A stretch of DNA of 64,000 nt. Origin: an uncultured virus (IMG/VR IMGVR_UViG_2684623151_000005) (lineage: Duplodnaviria; Heunggongvirae; Uroviricota; Caudoviricetes). This document shows positions 52,761 through 63,339 of the stretch, in pieces. The stretch is taken from IMG/VR virus record IMGVR_UViG_2684623151_000005; one strand, given 5' to 3'. A program made the position numbers and the translations under genes. Positions within the stretch are counted from its first letter, which is position 1. Every line of letters starts with the position of its first letter. The notes under the pieces were generated by a model that worked only from the letters and a program-made list of their open reading frames with translations, searched no databases and was not told where the DNA came from.

Positions 52761-53408
52761 TCAAAAGTTATATAAAAAACTCTTCTTTGCTTTAGATTGT
52801 ATAATTTTTAATATTTTTATATAATCTAATTCTCCACATTCAAGTTTAACAGCAACTCTTTTATTTTTTACATTAGATAAATGAAGTTCCTGCACATTAC
52901 TCCAATTAATACTATTTAAAGTATCTAAAAAAGTTTCTTTGTTATAACCACACGCTATATATAATTGAGGAATGTCTATTGTCATTATATGCTTATTACT
53001 CAATTCTATAACTTCTAATGGATTTGATATATTGAGCCTTGAATCACTCCTATTTTCAATAAAAACATCTACACCAACACTTTTAATATCTTCACATACA
53101 CTAATGATTTCTTCAATAGAATATTTTTTTCTTTTAGGTGGATGGATAGTAATCCCTAAAACTTCAGTATGTTTTTTTAATTCACATATAATTTTTTTAT
53201 ATTCTGAAGCTCTTAATTTCAAATTATCTTCATTTTGGTATATCCCATTAACTTTTTTATACCAATCACCATGTAATATTATAGGTATATTCTTTCCATA
53301 TGAATTATAACGTTCAATTGCTTCCTCCAATGAAAGGCCGCATATATCTAACTGTAAATAATCAGCTTTATCAGAAATTTTTTTTAATGACATTTGTCCG
53401 AACTTCAT
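52761..53408 (-). CDS. Xylose-isomerase/AP-endonuclease-like TIM-barrel protein
   Basis: ILHGD, TIHP, FIEN, TIDIPQ and ELHLSN metal-binding pattern. Confidence 0.65.
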   Translation of the reverse strand: MKFGQMSLKKISDKADYLQLDICGLSLEEAIERYNSYGKNIPIILHGDWYKKVNGIYQNEDNLKLRASEYKKIICELKKHTEVLGITIHPPKRKKYSIEEIISVCEDIKSVGVDVFIENRSDSRLNISNPLEVIELSNKHIMTIDIPQLYIACGYNKETFLDTLNSINWSNVQELHLSNVKNKRVAVKLECGELDYIKILKIIQSKAKKSFLYNF

Positions 53409-53415
53409 AAAATAT

Positions 53416-54015
53416 TTAAACTCCTTTTTTACAAATAGCTACAAAACTATCACTATATTTTTTTATATCAACAATCTCTAATTTTGATTCCTCTATTAAA
53501 CTTTTAAATTCATCAATAGAGAATGGTTTTTGAAATGTCCTGGTATATCCCATCCCTAAAATATATCCATCTCCATACTTCTGCTTATTTTTAGATGCTA
53601 AAATTGATTTAAAACCTCTAACTTCAATATAAGCCAATCCATTATCAAATAAAAAATCTGATATAGAATTCAACACATCAATTCTTTCATCCAAGGAAAC
53701 AATTACATTGATAACAAAAGAACATAATACTATGTTATATTTTCTAATAAACTTTACCATATCTTTACTATCACATGAAATTATGCTATTAAATAATTTT
53801 AAATTTTCCTTAGAAATCTTTTTTAATTGATTAGGCGTTTCAAGTATATCAACTATAAAGCCATTATTAATTAGAGCTTTTGAATTTCTTAATTTTCCTG
53901 CTCCATAATCAAGTACATTATATCCACCTCCTTTATATGATTCTAATATCAACTTTGTAGAATTTGAGATACCAATATTTATAGCTGTATTTTCGCTTTT
54001 TATAATAAACTCCAT
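53416..54015 (-). CDS. Class I SAM-dependent methyltransferase
   Basis: VLDYGAGKLR and VLCSFVINVI motifs. Confidence 0.8.
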   Translation of the reverse strand: MEFIIKSENTAINIGISNSTKLILESYKGGGYNVLDYGAGKLRNSKALINNGFIVDILETPNQLKKISKENLKLFNSIISCDSKDMVKFIRKYNIVLCSFVINVIVSLDERIDVLNSISDFLFDNGLAYIEVRGFKSILASKNKQKYGDGYILGMGYTRTFQKPFSIDEFKSLIEESKLEIVDIKKYSDSFVAICKKGV

Positions 54016-54408
54016 TATAAATCTCCTAAAATTTTAATTTATTATAATACAATAATACCTCTTATTTGACTTTTGTCAAATAAGAGGTATTTAACATAAA
54101 CTTAATTTTATAATCTATTCTTGATAATCATCATTTTCTTCAAATTCTTCATCACAGCAATTACATAGCTCATGACAGTTACCACATTTAAAACAAACAA
54201 AATTATCATAAACCTCTACTTCATCAAAAATTTTAACCACCTCCAACCTCATAAATCATGTTCTCCGACATTAACAAATCAAATCCTTTTTACTTTATAA
54301 AAAACATTATTATTAGACTCTTTTAGTCTTTCAGCCTTATAAATCTTTTCTACATCCATTCCTAAGCTTAATGCAAATGATTCTGCAAACTTTACTTTTA
54401 TATTAAAA

Positions 54409-54786
54409 TTAAACATTTGAAGCACTCTTAAGTCCTTCAAATACTTTATTTCTGACAGAATTTAATAAACTATTAGCATATTCAAGTCTTTCTAAAACAT
54501 CTATGTCTTTAGTTCTACATTCCTCATAAGATAAAGAAAACATTATATCTTTTAAAATATCTATAACAGACTCAATATCATTAGAATGTTTTTTTACTTC
54601 TTCAAGCTCTATATATATAGGTGTTTTATCGAATTTAGTTTCATACTCTACCATATCACTAATAGTTATTTCACCTGTTTCTAATACATCATAATTAAAT
54701 CCATTGTATTCACAAACATTATCCCATAAATTTAAATCTATGGCTTGTTGTACTGTTAAATTAATTTTACTCACTTTAAAATACAC
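54409..54786 (-). CDS. Hypothetical protein
   Basis: 125 aa, GTG start. Confidence 0.65.
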   Translation of the reverse strand: MYFKVSKINLTVQQAIDLNLWDNVCEYNGFNYDVLETGEITISDMVEYETKFDKTPIYIELEEVKKHSNDIESVIDILKDIMFSLSYEECRTKDIDVLERLEYANSLLNSVRNKVFEGLKSASNV

Positions 54787-54815
54787 CTCTTTCTATATTT
54801 AGTACTAATACTCAA

Positions 54816-55118
54816 TTAAGCAAATATCATAACCCCTTCTTTTTTTAAATCTAACTTTCTTTTAAACACAAATTTCTCTCTTGACTTTTTCTTTCTGCTT
54901 AAATTATTGTTAAATTTATTATCTTCTTTAGGAATACATCTTTCACTATTTAAAAATTTACATTTCCACTCATAATAAAAATCTTTGGCTTCTTTTTCTG
55001 AAATCTCAAAGTCTAAAATAAGTTTATTTATTAAATACTTCTTATTTCTACCTGAATTATTTTCAAGGAAATTATATCCTCTTGTTAACATATCTTTTTT
55101 ATTTTTATTATCTATCAT
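54816..55118 (-). CDS. Hypothetical protein
   Basis: 100 aa with RBS GGAGGTG. Confidence 0.7.
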   Translation of the reverse strand: MIDNKNKKDMLTRGYNFLENNSGRNKKYLINKLILDFEISEKEAKDFYYEWKCKFLNSERCIPKEDNKFNNNLSRKKKSREKFVFKRKLDLKKEGVMIFA

Positions 55119-55144
55119 CTTTTATGCACCTCCAATCAAAATAT

Positions 55145-55387
55145 TTATATATTAAAAGTATTTTTATCTTTATTCTTTTTAATTTTGCATTTTGAAGAAC
55201 CAGTTGACACCTTGTATTCATAAGTATCATCCTTAAAATTATTATCTTTTAATTTGTTAAAACAACAACAGCACACCTCTACTGAAAATATTAGTTTATG
55301 CTTATCGTTATAAACATCTAATACTGTAAACTCCCCATATTTAGACACACCACAATAATCACAACAATTTAATTTATCCTTATTCAT
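55145..55387 (-). CDS. Small Cys-rich protein
   Basis: CDYC...CCCC. Confidence 0.65.
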   Translation of the reverse strand: MNKDKLNCCDYCGVSKYGEFTVLDVYNDKHKLIFSVEVCCCCFNKLKDNNFKDDTYEYKVSTGSSKCKIKKNKDKNTFNI

Positions 55388-55417
55388 ATTTACAAATCCT
55401 TTCTATATATTTAAAAT

Positions 55418-56653
55418 CTAATAAAAAAGTTTTTTTCTATCTAAGACAGCAACAGGCTCAAAATTTTTCAAGTTCAGCTTTTTTTGTAATCTCTTATTAG
55501 GTCTAATTTCTGAAACAAGATATTTACTTAATAGATTTTTCCAAACATCACAGAATTCTCTTTTAGGCATATCTTTAACTGTACCCCTTAAAGCCTCCTT
55601 TGATATATATCCATTTTCTATTAATTGAGTTTTAAATAAATAATCCATATAAGCTTTATTTTCTTTCTTCTTATAATTATTCATTTCTTTTTTCTTTTCA
55701 CCTATACCTTCTTGAACAAATACCCTTTTTGAAAATTCTTCTCCAAAAAGCTCCTTAAGCAAAAAACTATCTATTGTATAATATTTAACATCATTTTCTA
55801 TAAGCACTTTAATTATCTCTTTTAATGACTTTATTGCTTTAGTATTTAAATCATTTATTATGTAATAGTTTATATGTTTATACCTACACTTATTTGATTT
55901 CTTAATATTATTTGCTGTATCTGATATATCAACTGGCAAAGCATTTATTGGCACTTTTGTAATTACTCCTATAGTCGCTAATAAATTTATTTGTTTGCAA
56001 ATATATGCTTTAGACACCGACAAATTATATCTCTCTTTTAAATGCTCTAATGAAGAAAAAAATACAGAATTATTTTCATATTGATATTCATTTTTCACAA
56101 GATTTCTTACATTCTCTTTACATAATATTTTGTATATACAAAAAGCATCTCCTACAAGATTTCTAATCTCATCATTTGAAGAAAACAACTCATCCAACAC
56201 ACTAAGATTATCAGCACATTTAATTTCTTCACCACTATAAAAAAAACCTCTTATAGAACTTAAATCGAATTCATCAATAATTTTTATAGCTAATTTTCTT
56301 GAATATAAGTTTTTACTTATACCATATAAGTCAATAAAATCCAAGGAATAAGTTATTTTTTTTTTATTAGTTGTGAAATACCTGTAATGATTTTCAGAAT
56401 TTTTACTTATCCAACCTAAATTACCTGGAATGAATGGACAATCATAGTACTTGTTTAGTGTAGTCATACCATTTATTATCTTAGTCAAATCTATTTGGCC
56501 AAGAAAAGTATATATATTACTACTACTTATTCCTTTCATTTCTTCAACTATACTTTTTACACTATCCATATTTATAATGTCTTTATCTTTTATAAAACAA
56601 TGTATTTTTGTTTTTCTGTATCTATTTAAGCTAAAAAATTTTGCGAATTCCAT
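55418..56653 (-). CDS. Hypothetical protein, possible winged-helix DNA-binding/replication protein
   Basis: FFSSLEHLKE...KAYICKQINLLATIGVITKV looks wHTH-like; basic protein. Confidence 0.6.
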   Translation of the reverse strand: MEFAKFFSLNRYRKTKIHCFIKDKDIINMDSVKSIVEEMKGISSSNIYTFLGQIDLTKIINGMTTLNKYYDCPFIPGNLGWISKNSENHYRYFTTNKKKITYSLDFIDLYGISKNLYSRKLAIKIIDEFDLSSIRGFFYSGEEIKCADNLSVLDELFSSNDEIRNLVGDAFCIYKILCKENVRNLVKNEYQYENNSVFFSSLEHLKERYNLSVSKAYICKQINLLATIGVITKVPINALPVDISDTANNIKKSNKCRYKHINYYIINDLNTKAIKSLKEIIKVLIENDVKYYTIDSFLLKELFGEEFSKRVFVQEGIGEKKKEMNNYKKKENKAYMDYLFKTQLIENGYISKEALRGTVKDMPKREFCDVWKNLLSKYLVSEIRPNKRLQKKLNLKNFEPVAVLDRKKLFY

Positions 56654-56821
56654 CCCTTTACCTCATTTTGTCTATTGTCAATTCATTCAATTATATTATA
56701 CACAAGAAAACTTTAAAATCAATGATTATTTTGACTTGACATATGTCAAACAAGGTGTTACTATATATACGTAGTTTCAAAGTTTTTATTTGTAATAAAA
56801 TATCTTCATTTATTTTTAACG

Positions 56822-56860
56822 AAAGTATTCATCTTATTAAATTGAGATGAATACTTTTTT
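56822..56860 (+). terminator. Terminator/attenuator upstream of the HTH gene
   Basis: AAAGTATTCATC...GATGAATACTTT followed by a T run. Confidence 0.75.
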
Positions 56861-56888
56861 ACCATAAATATTTATAAAGGATGATTTT

Positions 56889-57215
56889 ATGCTTATAACT
56901 ACCTTAATAAAAAAACGTATGGAAAAACTAAATATATCATTAGAAGAATTATCAGAAAGTTCTTTAGTAGATAGAGACATAATCTACAATTTTTTAAATA
57001 GCAAAGAAACTGATACTAAGTTAATATCAATTATTGATTTAGAATTTCTACTTGAAGCACTATATCTTCCAAAGGATTGTATAGATAAATTAAATGATAA
57101 TAACATAAATATATATGTAAATAATAGTTTAATTAAATCCAAAATAGATTTAGTCATGGAAGATTTCGATTTTCTAATGAAAGTTTATAATGAACAAAAA
57201 ATAAAAGCTTTATAA
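56889..57215 (+). CDS. XRE-like helix-turn-helix protein
   Basis: IKKRMEKLNISLEELSESSLVDRDIIYNFLN. Confidence 0.7.
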   Translation: MLITTLIKKRMEKLNISLEELSESSLVDRDIIYNFLNSKETDTKLISIIDLEFLLEALYLPKDCIDKLNDNNINIYVNNSLIKSKIDLVMEDFDFLMKVYNEQKIKAL

Positions 57216-57636
57216 GATATAGTCTTATAAAGCTTTTTATATATAATCAATAGGGGGATATTAATTATATAATTATTAAGTATCTATAAATCAAATAAAT
57301 ACATATTGGGTATATATTTATTTGATTTTTCATAATTTAATAAATATCAATGTATTTGGGAATACATTGTATTTATATCTTACAAGCATAAACAGTTCTT
57401 TCTATCTACACTTAAATATTGATATCTCAACACAATATCCCTGTCCGAACATCTAAAATAAAACTTCCCAAATAGTATTTTATAAAAATACATTCCTGCT
57501 GTATTTGCAAATACATTAATATAATATACTTCTTTTATTTGAAATATAACTTAATTTTACATGGCAATTGTATTTGTAATTGGTTAGTGATAATATTATT
57601 ATCAATAATATGTTTATACTATGGTAGGTGAAATAA

Positions 57637-58074
57637 ATGAAGAATAATGTAATAGACATAAGCAAGTTCTTAAACAAAGACAGTTTAAATTTAAGATTAG
57701 ATGATTCCCTAAATCACTTATTATACAATGTTATATCAGAAGAAATATTTGATTTCAAAAAAAAATTAGAATTATCTAAAAAAAATTCTAACATAGAAGC
57801 TACTAATTTTAATAGGCGTATGATAAGAAATTTAAACAATACATTAAAACAATTAAAAGAACACTCTCAAATAGCTTATAACAGTATAAATATTTTATTA
57901 GCTATTTGCGAATTAAAAATTGAAAGAATAAATTTAGAATTATTGTTTTTAGATATAAATTCAAATGAATTCAATAAAGAAAATACTAAACTTAAACATA
58001 TAGTTGAGTTACACAATATATTAAAGGATAAATACGATGAATACTCAAATAACAAAGAACTAAACATTTATTAA
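57637..58074 (+). CDS. Hypothetical protein
   Basis: 145 aa with RBS AGGTG. Confidence 0.7.
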   Translation: MKNNVIDISKFLNKDSLNLRLDDSLNHLLYNVISEEIFDFKKKLELSKKNSNIEATNFNRRMIRNLNNTLKQLKEHSQIAYNSINILLAICELKIERINLELLFLDINSNEFNKENTKLKHIVELHNILKDKYDEYSNNKELNIY

Positions 58075-58334
58075 ATGTTTAGTTCTTTGTTTTAATGTAT
58101 TCTTTTTAAAAATTATTCTATAAATAAAAATTTCAATACCTACAACCTTTTATTTTTCCTTTATAAAGGAATCCTATAATTTCTTAATTATATTTACCAG
58201 TAATAAAGCATATAGCAAAGAGAGCTAATACCAAAAGTAGTATTAGCTCTCTTTTAATAATGATAGCTCGTATATAGTGCAAATTTTATAAAATTATAAT
58301 ATCATCTATTTTTACAATTGTCAAATTATCATTC

Positions 58335-60350
58335 TTAATTAAGATATAAACTTTTATAGTGATTTAATCTACCTGGACTATTATATATCTCTTTTATATC
58401 ATTTTTAATACTTTCATTAAGCTTTGGATTAGCAATCATTAATTCTACATAATTGTTGAATCCACTTTGAGAATTCCCTATAAAGTCACCTGCTCCCCTT
58501 AACTCTAAATCTTTAATAGCTATTTTAAATCCATCTGTTGTTTCACACATAGCATTTATTTTTTCCCTTGCAAAATCAGTTTTTAATTCTGATTGTAATA
58601 TACAATAAGATTGATATACACCTCTTCCTACTCTCCCCCTTAATTGATGTAATTGAGCTAATCCAAACCTATCAGCATTTTTAACCAATATAACAGTAGC
58701 ATTAGGAACATTAACACCTACTTCTATTATTGTTGTAGCAAGTATGATATCATATTCTTTATTTTTAAATTTATTTAATTCTAATGAAATTTCATCTTTA
58801 GACATATTTCCACTTATCATAGCTATTTTAGCTGAATTCTTAAAGTAACTCTTAATATTCTTAAAAGCAGTTTCTAAACTTTCAACATCTGATAAATCTT
58901 CATTATCTTCTATAAAAGGACAAACCACATAACATTGTCTCCCCTTATCTATTTCACTCTTCATAAGCCTATACGCTTCTTTATCATTATTAGTTGTTGA
59001 GGTTTTTATTGGCAATCTACCATTTGGCATAGATTTAATATCTATAATTTCTATACTATCTCCATACATCGTTAAAGCTAAACTTCTTGGTATTGGAGTA
59101 GCACTCATTGATACTGAATGAACACCTGCTTTTGACTTATCTACCAAAGCCTCTCTTTGAGCTACACCAAATCTATGTTCTTCATCAACTACGATTAATG
59201 ACAAATTGTTAAATACAACATCTTTTGAAATAATAGCATGTGTTCCAACAATTATATCTATTTCATTGTTTCTTAGTTGTTTTAATATTTTATTTTTTTC
59301 CCTCTTCTTTATAGTACTTGATAAGTAAGCCACCCTTACCCCTAAAGGCTCTAATTTAGCCTTTACTTCTTCATAATGTTGTTCTGCAAGTACTGTTGTT
59401 GGACACATCAATGCTGATTGAAAACCATTATTACAAGCAATTAACATTAAAAATATCGCTACAATGGTTTTTCCTGCACCTACATCAGCCTGAACCAAAG
59501 CATTTAGTCTATCTCCCCTTTTTAGTGATATAGACATTTTACGTAACGCAGTCCTCTGACCTTCTGTTAAGTCAAAAGGTAGATTGTTAATTAATTCTCT
59601 ACTTTTATCAAAATTAGTCATTACAAAACTACTTTTATCTTTTTTAGTTTTCTCTTTTTTATATAAGTTAAAATTAAACTTAAACAAATCATCAAACTCA
59701 CATCGCTTTTTAGCTTCTTCTATTTCTTTAAATGAACTTGGATTATGTAAAGCCCATATTCTCTTTTGGTTGGACATTAATTTGTATTTAGACACTAACT
59801 TTTGCTCTAAATAATCTTCTTTATTCATAACAGCCAATCCACTATTAATACATTTTAAAAAATAATCTGAACTCATTCCATTTATCTTTGAATATACAGG
59901 CAATATTCTTAACCCATCTTTTATTTTACTACTATAAATCAATGGATTACTCATACTTCTATTAGTATAATTACCATTATCATTAACATTAACATTGCCA
60001 CAGAATACAAACTTATCATTGACTTTGAAAAACTCTTTTACAAAATTCATTCCAAAAAAGCTTATGTTCATATTCCAATTTATATCATCTTGTATTTTGA
60101 TAATAATAAGTTTTGGTTTTTCTACAACTTCTTTAACTGTTCCTATAATAGAATAATATCCATTTTCTTTTATATCTTTTATATATGTATTCTTCTTAAA
60201 ATCATAGTATTTTCTTGGATAAAAATTAATCAAATCACTTATTGTAAATATATTTTTACTATTTAATTGTTTGATTTTATTATTAGGTATATTCAATAAA
60301 TTTAAATCCTCCAAAATAATCACCTCCACAAAACTATACTTTCCATACAT
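58335..60350 (-). CDS. recG: ATP-dependent DNA helicase RecG
   Basis: LPFDLT, QADVGAGKT, DEEHRFGV, SATPIPRSL, QLHQLRGRVGRG and DLELRGAG motifs. Confidence 0.95.
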   Translation of the reverse strand: MYGKYSFVEVIILEDLNLLNIPNNKIKQLNSKNIFTISDLINFYPRKYYDFKKNTYIKDIKENGYYSIIGTVKEVVEKPKLIIIKIQDDINWNMNISFFGMNFVKEFFKVNDKFVFCGNVNVNDNGNYTNRSMSNPLIYSSKIKDGLRILPVYSKINGMSSDYFLKCINSGLAVMNKEDYLEQKLVSKYKLMSNQKRIWALHNPSSFKEIEEAKKRCEFDDLFKFNFNLYKKEKTKKDKSSFVMTNFDKSRELINNLPFDLTEGQRTALRKMSISLKRGDRLNALVQADVGAGKTIVAIFLMLIACNNGFQSALMCPTTVLAEQHYEEVKAKLEPLGVRVAYLSSTIKKREKNKILKQLRNNEIDIIVGTHAIISKDVVFNNLSLIVVDEEHRFGVAQREALVDKSKAGVHSVSMSATPIPRSLALTMYGDSIEIIDIKSMPNGRLPIKTSTTNNDKEAYRLMKSEIDKGRQCYVVCPFIEDNEDLSDVESLETAFKNIKSYFKNSAKIAMISGNMSKDEISLELNKFKNKEYDIILATTIIEVGVNVPNATVILVKNADRFGLAQLHQLRGRVGRGVYQSYCILQSELKTDFAREKINAMCETTDGFKIAIKDLELRGAGDFIGNSQSGFNNYVELMIANPKLNESIKNDIKEIYNSPGRLNHYKSLYLN

Positions 60351-60434
60351 TATATCATATTAGACAATTGTCTAAATTATTTTTATAAGAAAATGTTAAT
60401 ATAATATATAAATTAAGAAAGGTGGTGAAGAAAT

Positions 60435-61298
60435 TTGTTTAAGCTATTTGAAAAGATAAAAAATATTTTCGTAAAAAAGCCTAAAAGCAAATATTTAGTC
60501 TTTAAAGATGATAATGTAAGAAACTTAGATGAAGTATTAGAAGAAAATTCTGAAGATAGTAAGATAAACTTAGCATTTCAAGAGTCTAATGAAAACCAAA
60601 ATATTAAATTAGGTAAAAAGTCGTTTAATATCAAATATATAAAAAAAGTTTTCTGTTTAGTATTCTTTTTAATATTCATATACTTTTTATACTCAATTAC
60701 AAACATATATATTATAAAGACTCGTGAATTTTTAAAAGAAAATAGGTTTATTCCTAAAAAAATAGAGATTAACTCCTCACAATTTAATGAAGATAACAAT
60801 AATAAGTCAACTAAAGAATCTGAAATGCAGATTGAAAATTCTAATGCAAGTTTAAATACTGATAATGCAGGTAATCTAAACAATATGATTTCTATTAGCA
60901 ATATGATAAAAGATTTATTTATATTACAAAGAAATCAATTATCAAGTTATTTAGACAACAATACTACATACGTAAGCCTTGATAGTTATTTAAATACTAT
61001 AAATAATAGATTTGACTTAATAGATAATGAATTAAATAATTTGAAAGAAAAATCTAAGGACAACGATAATGATATTACGCTAATAAATATTATTATTGAA
61101 AGAAATGATAATGCAAAATTATTTAACAAAGAAATCAAAAATAATATTAAAAATAAAGACTATTTGCTAAATAATTCAAATAAATATATAAACGAAGAAA
61201 ATTCACTTACTCAAAAACAAGAAATAGAGTTAAAAGAAATTTTAAACAAGAATAAAATAAACTACACTATAGAAGATGATGGATATATAAAATTCTAA
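60435..61298 (+). CDS. Single-TM hypothetical protein
   Basis: Central TM segment and coiled C-terminus. Confidence 0.75.
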   Translation: MFKLFEKIKNIFVKKPKSKYLVFKDDNVRNLDEVLEENSEDSKINLAFQESNENQNIKLGKKSFNIKYIKKVFCLVFFLIFIYFLYSITNIYIIKTREFLKENRFIPKKIEINSSQFNEDNNNKSTKESEMQIENSNASLNTDNAGNLNNMISISNMIKDLFILQRNQLSSYLDNNTTYVSLDSYLNTINNRFDLIDNELNNLKEKSKDNDNDITLINIIIERNDNAKLFNKEIKNNIKNKDYLLNNSNKYINEENSLTQKQEIELKEILNKNKINYTIEDDGYIKF

Positions 61299-61341
61299 AA
61301 AAAAAGATAGTGCAAAATTAAAAAGTTTTGCACTATCTAAA

Positions 61342-61866
61342 TCATCTTATAAGAGACATTCCACATTTCGAACAATTCCCTATGACACCATTATTAAATT
61401 TTTTTACATTTACTACACCATTACATACAGGACACTCAAAAGTATATTCCCCAGGTTTAGAATCATGTTTTCTTAATTCATCATTAAGCTTTGAAATAAA
61501 CTTAAAAGAGTCTTGAAAATCTTCATCAAAATCTTCATTCAAATCATTATTATCAGTATCAGGATAATTACTAATACAATTCAAATAATCATTTTCTAAA
61601 ACTTTAATTTTTTCCACACCTCTCTCATAAGGTATAACCCCATTGATAAAATTAAAGTAAACTTTAACTATGTTTAGATATAATGGAATACTAAGATTAG
61701 GATGATTTTCAAAAAAATCAGAAGATATCATTTTTATTCCATCAAACTCTTTAACGCCACGAGCTTTAAGCTCATTAGCCTGTACCCATGCATTCTTCTT
61801 TAAATATTCAAAATCATAAAATTCTTTACTCTTCATATTAAATTCCCCTTGTATATTAAAATTCAA
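61342..61866 (-). CDS. Hypothetical protein with C-terminal zinc ribbon
   Basis: CPVC...CSKC. Confidence 0.7.
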   Translation of the reverse strand: MNFNIQGEFNMKSKEFYDFEYLKKNAWVQANELKARGVKEFDGIKMISSDFFENHPNLSIPLYLNIVKVYFNFINGVIPYERGVEKIKVLENDYLNCISNYPDTDNNDLNEDFDEDFQDSFKFISKLNDELRKHDSKPGEYTFECPVCNGVVNVKKFNNGVIGNCSKCGMSLIR

Positions 61867-62194
61867 TTTACCTTTTTATGATATTATATAATAATATATA
61901 AAGTTTTAATCCTTACAGCAAATAAAATAATATTTTATATTATAAAATATTATTTTATAAAAATTAATATTATTTTTATAAAATTTAATATTATTGAATA
62001 AATAAAAATAATATTAATTTTTATTGTTTTTATTTAAATAAAAATATATTTTTAAAATTTTTATTTAATAACTCTATTGATATATTAAATAAAACAATAT
62101 ATAATTATGACATAAGTTTATTAAATGATTTTTCTAAAAATAGATTTATGTAGTTGTTTTAGAAAAATAATCAAAAAAAAAGGATGGTGTAATT

Positions 62195-63286
62195 ATGGCA
62201 AAAAATATAAGATATATAATAGTAGATGCTGGAAAAAACACAGTTAAATTTTCAGAAATTCTAACAAATGGAAAAATCAAATCATTAGGTTCTTTCCCTG
62301 CAAGATATAGTCAGGGTACTTCAAATGTAGTAAACACTAATGTTGATTATCAAGAAAATGTTGAAACTAAGAATTTCCAAGTTGTTTACAAAGGTGAACA
62401 CTTCGTTTTAGGAGAACATGGTACTTTTTACTGTAACTTTAACAGTAAAAAACATCCTATACATAGACTATGTGCCTATACAGCTATAGGCAACATTGTT
62501 GATGATGGAGATACTATCCATCTTATAATAGGAAGCACATACAACTATGCAAAGTCAGATGATGACAAAAAAGAACTTGTAGATTTTTATAAAGATAGAA
62601 GCGATATAGATATCATAATAAACAGAGTTCAAAAGAAATTCAAAATTTTTGATGTTTCTGTTTATCCTGAAGGACTTGCATTAATATTAAGAATGCTTTA
62701 TAGAAAACATGATATTCAAGTTGGATTTGATATAGGTGGAAGTACAATTGATGTATATAATTTCGAATCAACTGATTCAGAATATTTAACATCTGATAAC
62801 TCATATGGTATAAATGTACTTTACAAAAAACTTGCAAGAGAATTATCACTTTATGCGAGAAATATAAGACCAACAGAACAAGACTTTTTAGATATAATTA
62901 AAAAATCTTCAAAGTTATCTATAACATTAACAGATGAACAATTAAATAACTTAAATCAAATTGTAGACTCTTTTGTTAGCAATATAATAAACTTATCATT
63001 ACAAGAATATACTGATTACAGAAAATGTTTATTATACTCTGGTGGAAGCTCTATAGTATTAAAAGATAGAATAATTGAAGGACTTGTAAAAGCAGGAGTA
63101 AGTAGAGATAATATTCTATTTGCAAACTCACCATTCGACAATGTGTTCTCTTATGGACTTAGCTTCTTAAGAGAAGAAATTGCAAAGAATGATATGGCTA
63201 AATATGCTCAAATAGGGAAATCATTCTCTATGGATGCAGTAAAATTAGAGAAAGAAATAATAGAAAAAGAAGAACTATTTGTTTAG
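62195..63286 (+). CDS. ParM/StbA-family actin-like ATPase
   Basis: IVDAGKNTVK (phosphate 1), VYPEG, FDIGGSTID (phosphate 2) and YSGGSS motifs. Confidence 0.82.
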   Translation: MAKNIRYIIVDAGKNTVKFSEILTNGKIKSLGSFPARYSQGTSNVVNTNVDYQENVETKNFQVVYKGEHFVLGEHGTFYCNFNSKKHPIHRLCAYTAIGNIVDDGDTIHLIIGSTYNYAKSDDDKKELVDFYKDRSDIDIIINRVQKKFKIFDVSVYPEGLALILRMLYRKHDIQVGFDIGGSTIDVYNFESTDSEYLTSDNSYGINVLYKKLARELSLYARNIRPTEQDFLDIIKKSSKLSITLTDEQLNNLNQIVDSFVSNIINLSLQEYTDYRKCLLYSGGSSIVLKDRIIEGLVKAGVSRDNILFANSPFDNVFSYGLSFLREEIAKNDMAKYAQIGKSFSMDAVKLEKEIIEKEELFV

Positions 63287-63339
63287 AAATTAGTGGGGAC
63301 AAGCTTCCCCACTAATATAATGAAAGGAGGATTAAAACA

